Source: Mobula hypostoma (taxonomy: Eukaryota). From it: a DNA stretch of 64,000 bases. The position numbers and the translations under genes are program-made. Positions 60,961-64,000 of this stretch are shown piece by piece. Positions within the stretch are counted from its first letter, which is position 1. Each line of letters opens with the position of its first letter. The notes under the pieces are model-generated. The model worked only from the letters and a program-made list of their open reading frames with translations, searched no databases and was not told the DNA's origin. Location: assembly GCF_963921235.1 (NCBI RefSeq), contig NC_086109.1, positions 34,350,001 to 34,414,000 of the forward strand. The letters run 5' to 3'.

Positions 60961-61873
60961 CTGTATATATTGCTGGGGTGTCTAAGACTTTTGCACAGTA
61001 CTGTAGTAATTTTATGTATTGCACTGTAATGCTGGAAAAGAAAACAAAACAAATTTCATAACATGTGAGTGATGATAAACCTGATTCTGATATGGGTCTC
61101 TATTGTGGACTGAGAGTGGGAAGGGGGCAAGGAGATGGGACTTATGGTTGGGAAAAGGGGATGGGAGAGGGGAGGGAGCAGGAAGCACGAGAAAGACATT
61201 CAATAATAATCAATAAACCAATGGTTTGGAGTCAAATGTCCTTGCCTGATGTCTCAGGACTGGGTGTGTTTGCACCCACACCACCTCCTGCCCTTCGCAC
61301 TCCTTCTCTACCACCTGTCCCACATCCCTCCAGTGGCACTCCACCCTCGCCATTCCCAACATCCTTCACTCCCACCAGATTTACAAACTTGTGTTCCACT
61401 TCACGTTGACAAATACAGTACTTTGCAAAGGTCTTAGGCAAGCCTAAGACATTTGCACAACACTGTGGTTGTGCTCAGAGATAATAATAATTAAATAACC
61501 TAGACATGTATGAGACATTGGTTAGCTGGAATAACTGGTTATCAGAAGACCAAAAGTAATTGGGGTGGAAGTAGGTCCTTTGGATCCTCAAGCCTAGTCT
61601 GACTTTCAATAAGATCATGTCTGATCTTTGTTTCAACTGCCATCCCCATGTTAAACTAAATCAAAATTTTGTATTATAGATCCAGACTTTGCTCTGTTTC
61701 TTTAAAACTGAAGGGGATTTCCCTCAATACTGAACACTTGGAAAACTGGCCATGTCCTTTGGTGAATGCACCTGTTATTTGGGGTAACAACAGTTGGAGG
61801 TTGGGAAAAAAAATCCCAAAATATTCGTAGCTTATATTTCTCAGTGGAATTCTCTTTGAAACCATGCTGTGCT

Positions 61874-62292
61874 ATATATTCAATCCATTTATTCCAGATT
61901 TGATAAAATGTTTCTTTTTGAGTTCTCAGGGAGTAGGTCAACTTTTCCATTTTAAATATTTCCAAGATAATTTCGTACCAGTCTTCTAATGTAGGTGGTA
62001 TTGGATTTAGCCATTTTCTAGTGATTGATTTCTTACTTGCCGCTAAGAGGGCCTGCAGCAACTTTATATCTTCCTTCTGTTCAAGGAACAATACATGCCC
62101 CAAATAGAGCGTCTCAAAGTTCAGGGGTATTTAAATGTTTATTTTGCTTTTATATCATCTCAATGTGTACTTAAGAATGTATAAATAATTGTAGTTTTAT
62201 ACATATAAAAAATGGAAAAGGTTATATGTGTGAAAAAAGTACATGATAATTGTGAACTCCTTATCCAAATAAAAATAAAATTAAAAAAAAAA
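61874..62292. mobile_element. Short L1-clade insertion with 5' inversion
   Basis: ORF2 C-terminus (AASKKSITRKWLNPIPPTLEDW...MEKLTY...WNKW) on the - strand at 61874-~62132; 3'UTR, AATAAA and poly(A) on the + strand to 62292. Perfect 16-bp TSD gaaaccatgctgtgct (61858-61873, 62293-62308). Confidence 0.88.
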
Positions 62293-62989
62293 GAAACCAT
62301 GCTGTGCTCTTGAGCTTGTTTGACAGGATCTGAATAATTTAAAATTGTAACCCTTTATGTATCAATTGGTCATAAATATTGAAATCTATAAAAATGATCA
62401 GGTCGTAAACATTTGGCACCATCCTTTGGCCTGCACTGTGTTGAGCGTGAACTTACGAAAGGAACAGGAGGAGGAACATACTATACAGATGTCTGAGCCT
62501 CCTCTGCCATTCACTGACGTTGAGGCTGATCTAAATTTGGCCTCAACTCTATTGTTCTGCCTGTTGCCCACAACCTTGATCCATCTATTGACTAAAAATT
62601 GGTCTTACTTGCCCTTGAATGTATTCACCGTTTCTATCTGGAGTAGAGATTTCTGGAATAGAAATGAGAGAAGAAATTCCTCCTCAGGACCCCTCATTCT
62701 GAAATTATGACCCCTAGTAGTAGGTTTGCACAAGCAAGTCCGAATTGATGCTTTCCATGGCCTTTCAGAGCTGTATGGCTTGTTATAGGCCTAGCCTATT
62801 CATCCTAGAAGTCCCAGGAGTCATTCTGAACTGGGATCTAATGCAAGAATATCTCTCTAAAAATTAGGACTCCCAAAATGTAATGATGATGTGGTATTAC
62901 CGATGTTTTAATTGGTATATAAATTGAAATCTATAAAGATGATCAAATATCAAACATTTGCCGACATCTTTATCAAATATCAAACATCT

Positions 62990-64000
62990 GCCGACTCCAG
63001 CCTATGGTCAGGCCACACTTAGATCCCCCCCAGTTCGCCTACCAGCCCCGACTAGGAGTTGAGGATGCCATCGTCTACCTGCTGAACCGTGTCTACACCC
63101 ACCTGGACAAGCCAGCGAGCACTGTGAGGGTCATGTTTTTTGACTTCTCCAGTGCGTTCAACACCATGCGCCCTGCTCTGCTGGGGGAGAAGCTGAGAGC
63201 AATGCGGGTGGATGCTTCCCTGGTGTCATGGATTCTTGATTACCTGACTGGCAGACCACAGTACGTGTGCTTGCAACATTGTGTGTCTGACAGAGCGATC
63301 AGCAGCACTGGGGCTCCACAGGGGACTGTCTTGTCTCCCTTTCTCTTCACCACTTACACCTCGGACTTCAACTACTGCGCAGAGTCTTGTCATCTTCAGA
63401 AGTTTTCTGATGACTCTGCCATAGTTGGATGCATCAGCAAGGGAGATGAGGCTGAGTACAGGGCTACAGTAGGAAACTTTGTCACATGGTGTGAGCAGAA
63501 TTATCTGCAGCTTAATGTGAAAAAGACTAAGGAGCTGGTGGTAGACCTGAGGAGAGCTAAGGTACCGGTGACCCCTGTTTCCATCTAGGGGGTCAGTGTG
63601 GACATAGTGGAGGATTACAAATACCTGGGGATACGAATTGACAATAAACTGGACTGGTCAAAGAACACTGAGGCTGTCTACAAGAAGGGTCAGAGCCGTC
63701 TCTATTTCCTGAGGAGACTGAGGCCCTTTAACATCTGTCGGACGATGCTGAGGATGTTCTACGAGTCTGTGGTGGCCAGTGCGATCATGTTTGCTGTTGT
63801 GTGCTGGGGCAGCAGGCTGAGGGTAGCAGACACCAACAGAATCAACAAACTCATTCGTAAGGCCAGTGCTGTTGTGGGGATGGAACTGGACTCTCTGACG
63901 GTGGTGTCTGAAAAGAGGATGCTGTCCAAGTTGCATGCCATCTTGGACAATGTCTCCCATCCACTACATAATGTACTGGTTGGGCACAGGAGTACATTCA
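62990..64000 (+). mobile_element. Rex1/Babar LINE RT region (runs off the window end)
   Basis: ORF 63004-63588 has QFAYQPRLGVEDAI, FFDFSSAFNT, GAPQGTVLSPFLF, FSDD and NVKKTKELVVD. Similarity continues past an in-frame stop. Confidence 0.9.

Noticed and set aside
1..64000. CRISPR array or prokaryotic operon-type system
   Set aside because: There is no regularly spaced repeat-spacer array, and the sequence is spliced eukaryotic DNA dominated by vertebrate TEs.

Overview
Eukaryotic (vertebrate) genomic DNA. The repeat families point to a cartilaginous fish, probably a ray; this is an inference. Two short coding exons on the + strand (48142-48263 and 55742-55828) encode part of the N-terminal suppressor domain of the IP3 receptor type 3 (ITPR3) and are missed by the ORF track. 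I found no other ITPR3 exon, so the rest of the window appears to be intron, densely filled with transposable elements: Rex1/Babar, CR1, RTE, L1 and L2 LINE fragments, tRNA-derived SINEs, and Tc1, hAT and Chapaev3-type DNA transposon derivatives. It also holds two Gypsy-type LTR elements, a solo LTR and many Penelope-like (PLE) insertions. Most notable: (1) a young, structurally complete Gmr1-like LTR element with an intact SCAN-domain Gag plus protease, whose integrase, RT and RNase H catalytic cores are gone; (2) a family of PLE insertions carrying minimal hammerhead ribozyme motifs, four of them built as inverted repeats between target-site duplications (TSDs), one forming a perfect 86-bp palindrome just downstream of an ITPR3 exon; (3) a 5'-inverted L1 with a 16-bp TSD; (4) a hAT-like element with a 6-bp TSD. 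No CRISPR, rRNA or true tRNA gene was seen. All family assignments are from motif recognition, not database searches.
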